Assembly (NCBI GenBank): GCA_041739995.1
Contig: JBGSMV010000029.1
Span: forward strand, 120,294 to 184,293
Reading direction: 5' to 3'
Source of the DNA: Bdellovibrionota bacterium
GTDB taxonomy: Bacteria > Bdellovibrionota_C > UBA2361 > JBGSMV01
Length of the DNA stretch: 64,000 bases
Shown here piece after piece: positions 9,799-19,467 of this stretch. The notes below the pieces were generated by a model, which saw only the letters and a program-made list of their open reading frames with translations, was not told the origin of the DNA and ran no database searches. Positions within the stretch are counted from its first letter, which is position 1. Every line of letters starts with the position of its first letter. The translations under genes were made by a program, and so were the position numbers.

Positions 9799-10041
9799 CT
9801 AAGCGAGGACTTGCGCCAATGAGATGCCGTGCTTCTTAAGCGTGGCTTTGAGTCCAAGCTTATCAATCGTGCGAATCAACCGAGTAGATACTTTAATGCG
9901 CACGAAGCGTTGCTCGTCTGAGAGGTAGATACGCTTGGTCTGTACGTTTGGGAGAAAGGTGTGCTTGGTCTTGTTATTGGCATGACTGACACGCTGACCG
10001 AACTGGCCTCTGACTCCTGAGATGCTGCACTTACGGGCCAT
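9799..10041 (-). CDS. rpmB: 50S ribosomal protein L28
   Basis: MARKCSISG..GQRVSHANNKTK..FLPNVQ...IRTIDKLG. AAGGAG RBS before ATG at 10041. Confidence 0.97.
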   Translation of the reverse strand: MARKCSISGVRGQFGQRVSHANNKTKHTFLPNVQTKRIYLSDEQRFVRIKVSTRLIRTIDKLGLKATLKKHGISLAQVLA

Positions 10042-10386
10042 AAAACACTCCTTTACTTCAGTCGTCTCCATGTCGCGCAAAATTGGCGACGGAGCAACTT
10101 ATGCTTCGTATTCAGTAGGTTGCAAAGAGTGCCCAAAGATTAGACAAAATGCAACTTTTTGGAGCCGCAAGGAGCCCGGAGAATAGGACTGGCCAATTCC
10201 CCTCCGTGTCCCCCGCGACCTCCGTGCTAAAACTTGCTGCGCTGACTCTCATCTCTTGGATATCCGGAGTTGTTCACCAGAATCGCAAGCGTTAGGCGCT
10301 TTAACTGGTTGAATTCACTGCAGATGGAATGGCCGGGGAGGCACTCTGAAAATGCGGTGGCGCAGGACAGAGCCAAAGGGCGAAGA

Positions 10387-11520
10387 TTAGAAGAGCTCCA
10401 CCGAGCGAATTCGTACCGTGGCTCCTGGGCCGACCCGGTCACGCTCGACATAGGCGCGTAAAAAATACACCGAAGTCTGGTAATCCACTTTGGCAATGAC
10501 CTGGAAAACCCGTTGGGCTTCACCAACCGTGAGGTAGTTGAAGAAGTCATTCTGGGAGCCAATCAGTGGCGTCAGGTCCTGGATAATCTGCTTTACGGGG
10601 CCGGTATTGGGGTTTTCTCGAAACTCTATAATAGATTCAATATCACTGCTGGTGACGTTCGAATCGATCGCCTCAAGCAATTCCTGTGGTGCGAGGTTTA
10701 CGTTGATCTTGGCGTCATCGCGATTGGTGGTCAGGAACGGCAGCATTTTCTGTACACGAAGCGGAGTGAACCCCGGAATCGCACTAAGTTCCTCCAGGCG
10801 AAAGATTTTTCGATTGGGAAACTCGTCTCCGTTTTGCAGCTGGGACTCCACTCCTTGAAAGGGACCGTCGTCGTAGGAAGTGGTGTCTGCATCCATGTAG
10901 TCAATGAGGTTCGCCACCATCTGCGCCGCATCAAACTCCTTTTGTGAGACGCGTCCGGTTTGGTCAAGCTCACCGTCGTTATCAAAATCAAGCACGGGAT
11001 TTTGGAATAATCGAAGCAGAATTTCTGCATCACGTTTGGCTAGTGAGGAGACCGGATCGAGTTGTTGCAGGCGAAGTTTTGAGTCCTCGGGCCTAATTTC
11101 AAGCGACATGCTGAGGTTTGGCTCTGTGATACCTAAGAACTCAAGAGGCACAGAAATTCCGTCTTTGAAGTAGGCCCAGGCGTCCTCTGGAAAAGCTCTA
11201 TCCTCTGCGGTGGCATCGGCCTTCAATAGAATTTGAGCCAAACTCAGAGCTGATTTCAGTAGATACTCCGCTTGCAGGCTGCGCTGGGCGCCTGCATTTA
11301 AGCGTCCGCCAATGTAAGAAGAGTAGGCAAGCTCAACCACCATGATGGTAGCGAGTGCGACGATGAACATGACGAGGATAAGGGCAACTCCGCGCTCGGG
11401 AGAACGTGGATGGCTTGCCGTCCCCGAAATGGCAGGCCTCGCACGCATGGCCCGTAAAGTAGAGGCATCACTGGAACAAGAGGTGCTAGGGCTTGTGAAT
11501 TTGGTAGGGGCGGGGGACAT
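10387..11520 (-). CDS. gspK: Type II secretion minor pseudopilin GspK
   Basis: ERGVALILVM pilin-like cleavage site, LIDYMDAD, EELSAIPGF and KINVNLAP. Confidence 0.88.
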   Translation of the reverse strand: MSPAPTKFTSPSTSCSSDASTLRAMRARPAISGTASHPRSPERGVALILVMFIVALATIMVVELAYSSYIGGRLNAGAQRSLQAEYLLKSALSLAQILLKADATAEDRAFPEDAWAYFKDGISVPLEFLGITEPNLSMSLEIRPEDSKLRLQQLDPVSSLAKRDAEILLRLFQNPVLDFDNDGELDQTGRVSQKEFDAAQMVANLIDYMDADTTSYDDGPFQGVESQLQNGDEFPNRKIFRLEELSAIPGFTPLRVQKMLPFLTTNRDDAKINVNLAPQELLEAIDSNVTSSDIESIIEFRENPNTGPVKQIIQDLTPLIGSQNDFFNYLTVGEAQRVFQVIAKVDYQTSVYFLRAYVERDRVGPGATVRIRSVELF

Positions 11521-11677
11521 AATTGGAATTCTATCTCCTTTGAGCCCAGAGCACAGTAGGCCTTGGGGGATAACTCACCTGAGCCGGAGGTGGACCTGAG
11601 GCGCATATATGCAGTCCCGAGATCTCCTGTGAAAAGGGGATAATCGGGCGCGCAACCATTGAGGCATGGTTTTGAGG

Positions 11678-12652
11678 CTAGGGAGCGCTGGCCCCCAGGT
11701 TCTTAAGAAAACCACCCAAAGAGAACGCTGGCTTAGGCTTGAGGGCACTCGCAAACCTAGCGCTGCGTTTCGCTACCGCTTCCTCAGAGACGGACTGCCG
11801 AGGCAGCTTAAGGGAGGCTTTGCGATCCATCGGAGCAGGGTGAGTATCCATCCATCCGCCACGCTTCGAAGAATTCACCTTAGCTAATTGGTCAAGCATT
11901 GCGGTAAGTCCTTTTACCGAATACCCGGTCTTTGCCATCAACTGAGCGGCAAACGCATCGGCTTCGTACTCTTGGGTACGACTGTAACCCGTTTTCATCA
12001 AGGTGTCGGCAACCTGATTCACCGAATCGCCAAAGTAATCGGTCACGGTGTTCAGCTCCTGGGGGCCGTAGGAAGTGGCCGCCTCCTTGCCGATCAGAAG
12101 CAATGCCTCGTCCATGCGGGCGTTTGAAATTGCCTTCACTCCATGGCCAAGCACGATATGTCCAATCTCGTGCGCCAAGACTCCAGCGAGCGCTTCTTCG
12201 TTCGAAATAATCTCAAGGAAGCCTTGGGAGACAAAAACAAATCCTCCCGGGCCAGAGAGTGCGTTTATTTGTTCGGTCTCGAGGATGCCGAAATGATAGC
12301 CCCCAAATATTTCAGGGCGACTTGAGTGTGCAGCTAGAGCTGCGCCGACCTGGCTCACATATTTGGTGAGTCCCGGGTTTTTCTGAGATAGGGGATACGA
12401 CTGAAGAACCATCGCAGAAACACCGCGGCCAAGATAATATTCCTGCTCGTCATTTAGTGACTTGTTGGCCTGTTGCAGCTTTCCGCCTGCTTCAAGCAAG
12501 GTGTCGACTTGGCTGCTACTCACCACACCGGTGGCATCAACTAGGCCACGACCTATGTCGGGGAGGTCCAAGCTCGGCCATCCAAGCAAGCATGCAAGCA
12601 CTGCCACAACCCCGAAGGTATACCACCGCTCTCGTTTCACACTTAACCGCAT
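11678..12652 (-). CDS. M48 family metalloprotease
   Basis: INALSGPGG, LAGVLAHEIGH (HExxH), YSRTQEYEAD and THP. GGAGG RBS before ATG at 12652. Confidence 0.92.
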   Translation of the reverse strand: MRLSVKRERWYTFGVVAVLACLLGWPSLDLPDIGRGLVDATGVVSSSQVDTLLEAGGKLQQANKSLNDEQEYYLGRGVSAMVLQSYPLSQKNPGLTKYVSQVGAALAAHSSRPEIFGGYHFGILETEQINALSGPGGFVFVSQGFLEIISNEEALAGVLAHEIGHIVLGHGVKAISNARMDEALLLIGKEAATSYGPQELNTVTDYFGDSVNQVADTLMKTGYSRTQEYEADAFAAQLMAKTGYSVKGLTAMLDQLAKVNSSKRGGWMDTHPAPMDRKASLKLPRQSVSEEAVAKRSARFASALKPKPAFSLGGFLKNLGASAP

Positions 12653-12668
12653 CGCACGCCCTCCAAGC

Positions 12669-13196
12669 TCAATGATCAACGAGATCTCCTTCGCGGATAA
12701 ATACTACCTCTTCTGCCGGATCAATCTTTGCCTTCTCAAGTTCATCGACTGCAGCGAAGTCGAGCCCTTTCGAGGAGCCATAGTTATTCTCTACTTGCTT
12801 GTTAAATCCTTTGCCCGCCAAAACGATATCGTTCGAAGCGCTTTGGACGGAATTTCTTTTGGCTGAAGGATTGATTACGATCTTTCTGCTGGTAACTGCT
12901 GAAACATGAACAAAGCCCTGTGTCTCTCCAACCTTCGCCTGAAGCCAGGACTTGTTTGATGGCGCGGCGCTGAGAGCCGTCAGTGCGGTTCCATAGGGAA
13001 GCTCCTGCACCGTTGGTGCCCAGAATTGTGGTTGTGCTCGAAGCTTGGATTCCCGCACTTGAACGTAAAGTGTCTTTTCCTTGGGAGCGGCGTCAGCCAC
13101 AGCGGGAATAGAAAGGAAGAAGGGCAGTGCAAAAGCAAGGGCACTGCGCATCGATACCTTAAACGTTGATATCTGAGTCACTGATTCCTGAGTCAT
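12669..13196 (-). CDS. Secreted bacterial SH3-domain protein
   Basis: Signal peptide, YVQVRESKLR..P...WLQAK...GFVH.SA, and a conserved-looking LAGKGFN tail. RBS GAGGTAGG. Confidence 0.75.
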   Translation of the reverse strand: MTQESVTQISTFKVSMRSALAFALPFFLSIPAVADAAPKEKTLYVQVRESKLRAQPQFWAPTVQELPYGTALTALSAAPSNKSWLQAKVGETQGFVHVSAVTSRKIVINPSAKRNSVQSASNDIVLAGKGFNKQVENNYGSSKGLDFAAVDELEKAKIDPAEEVVFIREGDLVDH

Positions 13197-13566
13197 TCCT
13201 ACCTCAATCAGAACGTTACTTCGAAAAGGAGAAAAGGCTACCATGTGAGGAGTACAGGGGTATTCCCTATATTTCAACTCATTTTGAACCTTGGGCGCCT
13301 TGAGATCTAGGGCGCAATTGGGAGGCCCAATTAGATCAAAGATCTGTGGGGCTACTGGGACTGCAAAGCATGGTCGGTGTGACACTCAAGAGACCTCTGA
13401 GGTCTTTCTCTACCTGGCTCGCCGGACAAGTTGCGGCGACACTTCCCTGCTGTATCAATTATAGAAAATGCGATTCGGAAAGTGCTGAAGAACGCGAAAG
13501 AGCGAGAGATATGCGGCATGCCATGCCTCTCGCTACTTTTTCGCGACGCGGGTTTCAGTCCTGGTG

Positions 13567-13908
13567 CTAGCAAAAATGCTTCGGCTCGTCTTGCTTGCTC
13601 TCGTCAGAGTTTAGCGAAAGCGAAGACAAGATCGCGCGCGCATCGTCTCTGATAAGTGCTGACAGGCCGTTAATGATGCTCACGTGGCGAGAGACCTCGT
13701 CCCAGTTGCCGCGCTCAATGTGTTCGCAGAGTGCTTTCGCAAAGGAGCGCTGTTTGGTCAATATGGAGTCGTACGAACCCAAGCGTTCAAACACCTCGTC
13801 TGGTACGTTCTCCTTTTGCTCAAGAGTCTTTTTAGCTCCGGCAATAGCGGTTTCAAGCTCAGAGAAGGAAGAAAAAAGTCGATCAATAATATCCATAGAC
13901 ACCTGCAC
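13567..13908 (-). CDS. Hypothetical helical protein
   Basis: 113-aa amphipathic ORF with AAGGTGGG upstream; no family recognised. Confidence 0.65.
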   Translation of the reverse strand: MQVSMDIIDRLFSSFSELETAIAGAKKTLEQKENVPDEVFERLGSYDSILTKQRSFAKALCEHIERGNWDEVSRHVSIINGLSALIRDDARAILSSLSLNSDESKQDEPKHFC

Positions 13909-14601
13909 CCCACCTTAGCGTGTACGCTCGACCTCATGTCAAGCACCAGTTTTGCAACGAGTATCTCGTTACATGTTGCTACACCCGAATTGGAAAAAAC
14001 CAATTCGGGTTTACCTCAAGCGATCCCTCGCATATTCCTGAGAGGCCGAAACTTCCGGCGACTTAGACAGAGGAGCGACTTCCATGTACACGCACTTCTC
14101 GCATCTCACGCTCATGGAACTACCGCTCAATGAGTGAATCGAAAGCGAGATTTGTGCAGCCCTCGTATGATTGTGTCTGAGCGAAAGTCTTGACCCGATT
14201 CCGAGGAATGCACAAGCACCTATCCCCGAAAGCGACGAGAGCCCTCTAGAGAACATTACCGCCACAAGCTAAATCTGATCATGACCTTCGTCAGGCTCTA
14301 TGCCCTATAAAGCAAGTCTCTTGCCATCCATAACTGCTTAAAATGACAGGCGCTCTACGATTGAGGCTGTATTGAGAAGCGACGGTCGTTGAGTGATTTT
14401 TGGTCATTCGTAGTTTTCTGTTAAACGGAATAGGGCGAGCCGAAGCGTGTGTTGCTGCGTAGAACAGGGGCACATTAAGACATCTACGGAGCTGCTTTTT
14501 TGAAAGTTGGTTTGTGGTTTCTTCGGGCTAAAAGGAAGGGCGAAAGACGCGGTATCTAACTTCTGCTTGCTGTAAATCGTATCGCCTGCCACCTTTGCCC
14601 T

Positions 14602-15810
14602 GTGTCGCGCACCCACCTCTTTATCTTTACCGCCCTTAATCTTTTCAATTACCTTGATCGCTATTTGGTGCAGGCGCTTCTGCCGCTGATCGCGGTGCAC
14701 TATTCTCTCAATTACGAACAATCAGGACTTCTGGCCTCAGCGTTTGTCTTTGGGTACTTTCTTACCTCTCCGATCTTTGGAGTCTTAGGTGACCGCTGGA
14801 ATCGGCCCCGACTCATGGCAGTGGGCATTCTGCTGTGGAGTGCGGCGACCATTGGCGGTGGGCTGGCGCAGATCTACAGTGTATTTTTCGCCCTACGTCT
14901 CTTTGTGGGGGTGGGAGAGGCGAGTTTTGGGACCATTCTTCCTGGCTATATCAAAGATCGCCTAAACGATCCTTTGGCGGTCAATCGCTCCTTTGCAATT
15001 CTATACGCAGCAATCCCCGTAGGATCAGCGCTCGCCTATGTGTTGGGTGGAACGATCGCCGCCCGTTTTGACTGGCAGTACGCCTTCTTTATCGGAGGAG
15101 CGCCCGGCATTCTGTTGGCGGTGTGGGTGTGGTTTCAGCCTGAGCTGAGGGCTGCGCTTACAAACCAGACCTCAGACCCAGCCCCGTCCTCTGGTTGGGC
15201 GGTGGTGTCAGATCTCAAGGCGCTTGCGCGCGTCAGAGTACTTTGGTTCGCCATTGCGGGCTACGCACTGAACTCCTTCGCGTTAAATGCCATCGCAACC
15301 TTCGTGGCTCACTACGGCGTCCAAATCGGATTCACGCATGAATCGATTACTCAGTACTTTGGTATAATTCTAGTCCTGACAGGATTTGTCGGCACGTTGC
15401 TGGGAGGACGTCTTTCTGATCGGCTTGCCATAAGGTCGGCGCAGCCACTAAGAGTGATGCTTAATTTTGTTGGTATGACTGCACTGCTTGCCGTTCCGTT
15501 TTGTGGAGCGGCCTTTCTGGTAGAAAACGGTGTGGTCTTCTTGGCTCTATGTGGAGTGGCGCAGCTACTTATTTTCTCCGGTGTTGCTCCTATCAATGCG
15601 GTGCTTGTTTTGGCCGCACCAGCGCGCTTAGTAACGCTTACCCAAGGGGTTTCGATATTTGCTCTGAACGCTTTTGGTGCTTTGCTGGCTCCGTGGCTTG
15701 TCGGAGTGGTTGCTGACTCGATCTCTTTGGCCACGGCCCTGCAGCTTTCAACGCTGAGCCTTTTGTTGTGTGGATTGGTTTGGATGAGCGGGGCAAAGAC
15801 TGTAGCCTAG
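14602..15810 (+). CDS. MFS transporter (spinster-like)
   Basis: NLFNYLDRY, GVLGDRWNR and RLFVGVGEA; about 12 hydrophobic segments. Confidence 0.9.
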   Translation: MSRTHLFIFTALNLFNYLDRYLVQALLPLIAVHYSLNYEQSGLLASAFVFGYFLTSPIFGVLGDRWNRPRLMAVGILLWSAATIGGGLAQIYSVFFALRLFVGVGEASFGTILPGYIKDRLNDPLAVNRSFAILYAAIPVGSALAYVLGGTIAARFDWQYAFFIGGAPGILLAVWVWFQPELRAALTNQTSDPAPSSGWAVVSDLKALARVRVLWFAIAGYALNSFALNAIATFVAHYGVQIGFTHESITQYFGIILVLTGFVGTLLGGRLSDRLAIRSAQPLRVMLNFVGMTALLAVPFCGAAFLVENGVVFLALCGVAQLLIFSGVAPINAVLVLAAPARLVTLTQGVSIFALNAFGALLAPWLVGVVADSISLATALQLSTLSLLLCGLVWMSGAKTVA

Positions 15811-16079
15811 CGTCGTTAAGAAGCCTGTCCAAAATGGGCCCCGCACCGATCCTGCTGCTTGAGCATTTCCACGCGAAGGAGCGCCGAAATATGGGACAAG
15901 TGTGATTGATCCTTCAGAGTGAGTGTTCGGCTCTCTGCGGATGCGAACTGTTTGAAACGATTGTCCGAAGGACCTGAGGGAACTTTGAAGGCGAGGAGTT
16001 AGAACTCCAAAGGTTTGATCCCCCGCTATTTTTTGGTTAAGTTGCAAATTGGCTTCACATAACTATTTAATTCATTGCA

Positions 16080-16418
16080 ATGAAATCTGCACTGCTCTGG
16101 GTCTTAGGAATCCTCATCTTCATTGGAATAGTGAAGTATGTAGGGTTTTCCCATGGTAACTCATGTAATGAGACTGCCACTCGGGTAAAGAGCAAGATCC
16201 TTTCAAATTCCTCGTGTTCAGTTGACTCTGACTGCACAATGCTACGACTCGCATGTCCATTCGATTGCGGTGTGCCAGTGAATTACGCGGCAGCTAAGGA
16301 AATACTAGATTCAGTTAACGACTATAATCGCAGCTGTATGATGGTCTGCCCGGATTGCCCAAAGGAATTCAATTCGCTCTCCGCGAAATGCATAGCGGGT
16401 GTGTGCTCGGTCCCGTGA
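16080..16418 (+). CDS. Small exported cysteine-rich protein
   Basis: N-terminal hydrophobic anchor followed by many Cys (SCSVDSDC, CPFDC, CMMVCPDC, CIAGVC). Confidence 0.7.
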   Translation: MKSALLWVLGILIFIGIVKYVGFSHGNSCNETATRVKSKILSNSSCSVDSDCTMLRLACPFDCGVPVNYAAAKEILDSVNDYNRSCMMVCPDCPKEFNSLSAKCIAGVCSVP

Positions 16419-16732
16419 TCGTGCCGCTAGTGAACCCTGAAGAGGTACCGGCAAAGGCGCGTCAGTTTATTCGGGCGATCACTGCTCTGGCGCCCTCTGT
16501 CCCAATATTGCCACCGTGGCCCTGCAGCTTTCAACGATACGCATGCTGCTATGTGGAATGCTCTGGATTGGCGGTGCAAAGACGGTGGATCAGCCGGGAA
16601 AGCCAAACCAGGCCTAGCGAGCGATGCAAGGGCCCAAGTTGTTCCTTGAAGATGCTGCCTGAATGGTCATTCTCGCTAATGCAGCTAAAATAGACCGTGC
16701 CCCATATCCAGAGGAGGTCTAAGGAATTCCAC

Positions 16733-17839
16733 ATGCGTATATTTCCGTCTCAGTCCGACACGCCGAAAGAACGTCCTGCTCGAGGGCTCGATGTGCTTGG
16801 CCCTGATGTGGGCTCCGTCGACCGACGCTTGGAACCAAGCGCTGACCTAAACACTTTGAAGCTAGGACAAAACGGAGCTGACCTGATTGCGCTGCGAGAA
16901 ACACTCGCGGATCCTCATGCTTCTCGCTATGGCAAGTCAAAAGCAATTACCCTGCTTGCAAAAGATCCGACCGGCCGCGGACTACTTCTCGACACATTGA
17001 TGGGAGTGTTTGAAGGCGTGGGCATTCGCGAGCGCGAAAAGGCGGCACGAGCCCTTCATAAAGCTTCTCCAGAGGAGTTCCTCAGAGCGCTCTCTGAGCT
17101 GCCAGCTGATTGCTCCGGGCGAATATTTGGAACACGAGCATTAGTAGGGCACGAAATACGACAAAGTGAGCTGAGATACCTTGTCAATTCAGTGGCGCCT
17201 GAGGCGGACGAACTTGCGGTGGCGGCTTTGCAGGCGATTCGGACCGGGAAGGATCGGCAGTCGAGTCCTTTTGTTTTCTCCACACTGTGCGCCGAGGCCA
17301 CCATCAGATTGCTTCGATATGCGGAGAAGCGTGGTCTTGCCTACGATAGTGGGGAGGCTCCGACGATCGACGACGCCCCTCATGAGCGAATCTCCCCCAC
17401 CAGCGTACCCTATTCAGAGCTTCGCGCGGGTTTAAAGGGCGCAATAGAGGCGCTGTCCGACGGGCAAGATCGAGTGCTTGCAAGTGCAGTGAGAAATGGG
17501 CGCTCTACAGAAAGCTGCGTTCTTCCACTGGAGATTCTTAAAGAGCGAAATAGTCCTGAAATTGAACCGCTCGTTCGGGAGATGGTGCGAGATGGACATA
17601 TCCCTGTGCACGTCTCGAACTCGTTGCTGAACCTGCGGATTAAATTGCCGGACCTGGGCGAGGATATTCGAGCACTGCTCGCACGAAATCCTTGGAGCAG
17701 TTTCGAGAAGGCGCTTGGTACACTAGGAGTACCGGTTCCAGCATTTCTACGTCCCGAGAGCCGATCCCCCAACGTCAGAGCGCTCTCGCGGCTGCTCGCT
17801 TTCAGCGTCGCACCCTTCGATTCAGCTGACTTCTTTTAA
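16733..17839 (+). CDS. Hypothetical alpha-helical (HEAT-like) protein
   Basis: Long ORF with AAGGA before ATG at 16733; Leu/Ala/Arg-rich helical pattern. Confidence 0.6.
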   Translation: MRIFPSQSDTPKERPARGLDVLGPDVGSVDRRLEPSADLNTLKLGQNGADLIALRETLADPHASRYGKSKAITLLAKDPTGRGLLLDTLMGVFEGVGIREREKAARALHKASPEEFLRALSELPADCSGRIFGTRALVGHEIRQSELRYLVNSVAPEADELAVAALQAIRTGKDRQSSPFVFSTLCAEATIRLLRYAEKRGLAYDSGEAPTIDDAPHERISPTSVPYSELRAGLKGAIEALSDGQDRVLASAVRNGRSTESCVLPLEILKERNSPEIEPLVREMVRDGHIPVHVSNSLLNLRIKLPDLGEDIRALLARNPWSSFEKALGTLGVPVPAFLRPESRSPNVRALSRLLAFSVAPFDSADFF

Positions 17840-17989
17840 GCCGTTTGGCAGAGGCCACTTTGAGCGAAAGACGCCAGCCGGCGTGCCCGAAGCGTTGCTT
17901 TAAATAAGCAGAACAGCAGGTTAGACAGGCCCATTGAACTCTGAGAAAGACTCTTAAGGAATTTCCCTAGCTGCACCGATAGCTCACGT

Positions 17990-19435
17990 ATGACGAGCGA
18001 ATTTGACTACGACATGGTGGTCATCGGGAGCGGTCCCGGTGGTCAAAAGGCGGCTATGCAGGCTGCGAAACTTGGCAAGCGAGTCGCGATCATTGATGCG
18101 CGCGCTCAGGTGGGAGGAGCCTGTCTCTACGACGGTACTATCCCGAGTAAATCTTTCAGAGAAGCGATTCTCCATCTTTCTGGGTACCGAGAACGCAGTC
18201 ATTACGGAAAGGCATATCGCGTCAAACAGTCGGTCATGATGGAAGATCTTACCGGCCGAACTGACGACATCGTTGAAGAGATTGAACAAACGATGCGTTC
18301 ACAGTTGATTCGCAACAACATTGAGGTGCTCGAAGGTTTCGGTTCACTCATTGACCAGAATCGGGTTCGAGTGACACTGAAAAATAGAAGTCAAGAACTC
18401 TATACAAAGTACATCGTGATTGCGACCGGCACTCGTCCGTGGCATCCGCCCGGCTTTGAGTTCGACGGCGAAATCATTCTCGACTCAGACTCTGTTCTCC
18501 ATATGAAGGCATTACCGCGCTCGATCAGCATCGTGGGCGGAGGAGTCATCGGCTGTGAGTATGGATCTATGTTTGCGGCGCTGGGAATCAAGGTTACGTT
18601 GGTAGAAGCGCGTGGCAGCATATTGGGATTTGTTGATCGTGAACTCGTTGACTCTTTGGTCTATAAACTGCGTGAACAAAAAGTACTGGTCGTGACCAGT
18701 GATAAAGTAGTGAGATGCGCCCGGTCTCCGGACGGTCGAGCGGTTACATTCCTCGAAAGTGGAAAACGCATAGTGACTGAAGTGCTGCTCGTCTCTGCAG
18801 GACGCGTCGGAAATGTCGAAGGATTGAATTTGGCATCGGTCGCAGTAACCGCAAGCGAGCGCGGGCTGATCAAGGTCAATGAGAATTACCAGACTAGCAC
18901 TCCATCGATCTACGCAGTAGGTGATGTGATTGGAGCTCCTTCGCTCGCGTCCACTTCCCTAGAGCAAGGTCGACGAGCGGCGTGCCACGCCTTTAGCTTG
19001 GCCGATATCGGTGCCCGCGCACCGATTCCGTATGGCATATATACCATTCCAGAAATCTCGATGGTGGGAGAGACGGAAGCGGAGCTCTCAAGCAAAAAAG
19101 TTCCCTATGAGGTCGGCATCGCGCGCTTTGGTGAAATTGAGCGTGGGAAGATCGTCGGAGATGATTCGGGGGTATTGAAACTACTCTTTCACCGACACAC
19201 TCTACAGATTCTAGGGGTGCATATCATCGGCGACAGTGCGTCAGAGTTGGTGCACATTGGCCAAACGGTGATGGGATTTAATGGCGGTATCGACTACCTT
19301 AGCCATGCAGTCTTCAACTATCCGACGCTGGGCCAAGCGTATCGAACCGCGGCGCTCGACGGTATGAATAAAGTGGTGGCGACTCAAGGGCTTCCGGATG
19401 AGGCTCCAGGGACAGAGAAATATGAGGTGAACTAG
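17990..19435 (+). CDS. sthA: Soluble pyridine nucleotide transhydrogenase
   Basis: IGSGPGG, GGAC...GTIPSKSFRE, GGGVIGCEY, PYGIYTIPEIS and FNYPTL..AY..AALDG. Confidence 0.93.
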   Translation: MTSEFDYDMVVIGSGPGGQKAAMQAAKLGKRVAIIDARAQVGGACLYDGTIPSKSFREAILHLSGYRERSHYGKAYRVKQSVMMEDLTGRTDDIVEEIEQTMRSQLIRNNIEVLEGFGSLIDQNRVRVTLKNRSQELYTKYIVIATGTRPWHPPGFEFDGEIILDSDSVLHMKALPRSISIVGGGVIGCEYGSMFAALGIKVTLVEARGSILGFVDRELVDSLVYKLREQKVLVVTSDKVVRCARSPDGRAVTFLESGKRIVTEVLLVSAGRVGNVEGLNLASVAVTASERGLIKVNENYQTSTPSIYAVGDVIGAPSLASTSLEQGRRAACHAFSLADIGARAPIPYGIYTIPEISMVGETEAELSSKKVPYEVGIARFGEIERGKIVGDDSGVLKLLFHRHTLQILGVHIIGDSASELVHIGQTVMGFNGGIDYLSHAVFNYPTLGQAYRTAALDGMNKVVATQGLPDEAPGTEKYEVN

Positions 19436-19467
19436 ATTTCTCATTCGCTTGGGCACCGTGCTTGACC

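Noticed and set aside
14040..14445. Two degenerate fold-back segments in the long intergenic gap
   Set aside because: Pairing is weak and there is no second copy in the window; cannot support an ncRNA or MITE call without folding and searches.
15815..16040. Possible degenerate palindromic element after the MFS gene
   Set aside because: Only short imperfect complementarity and no homologous copy seen.
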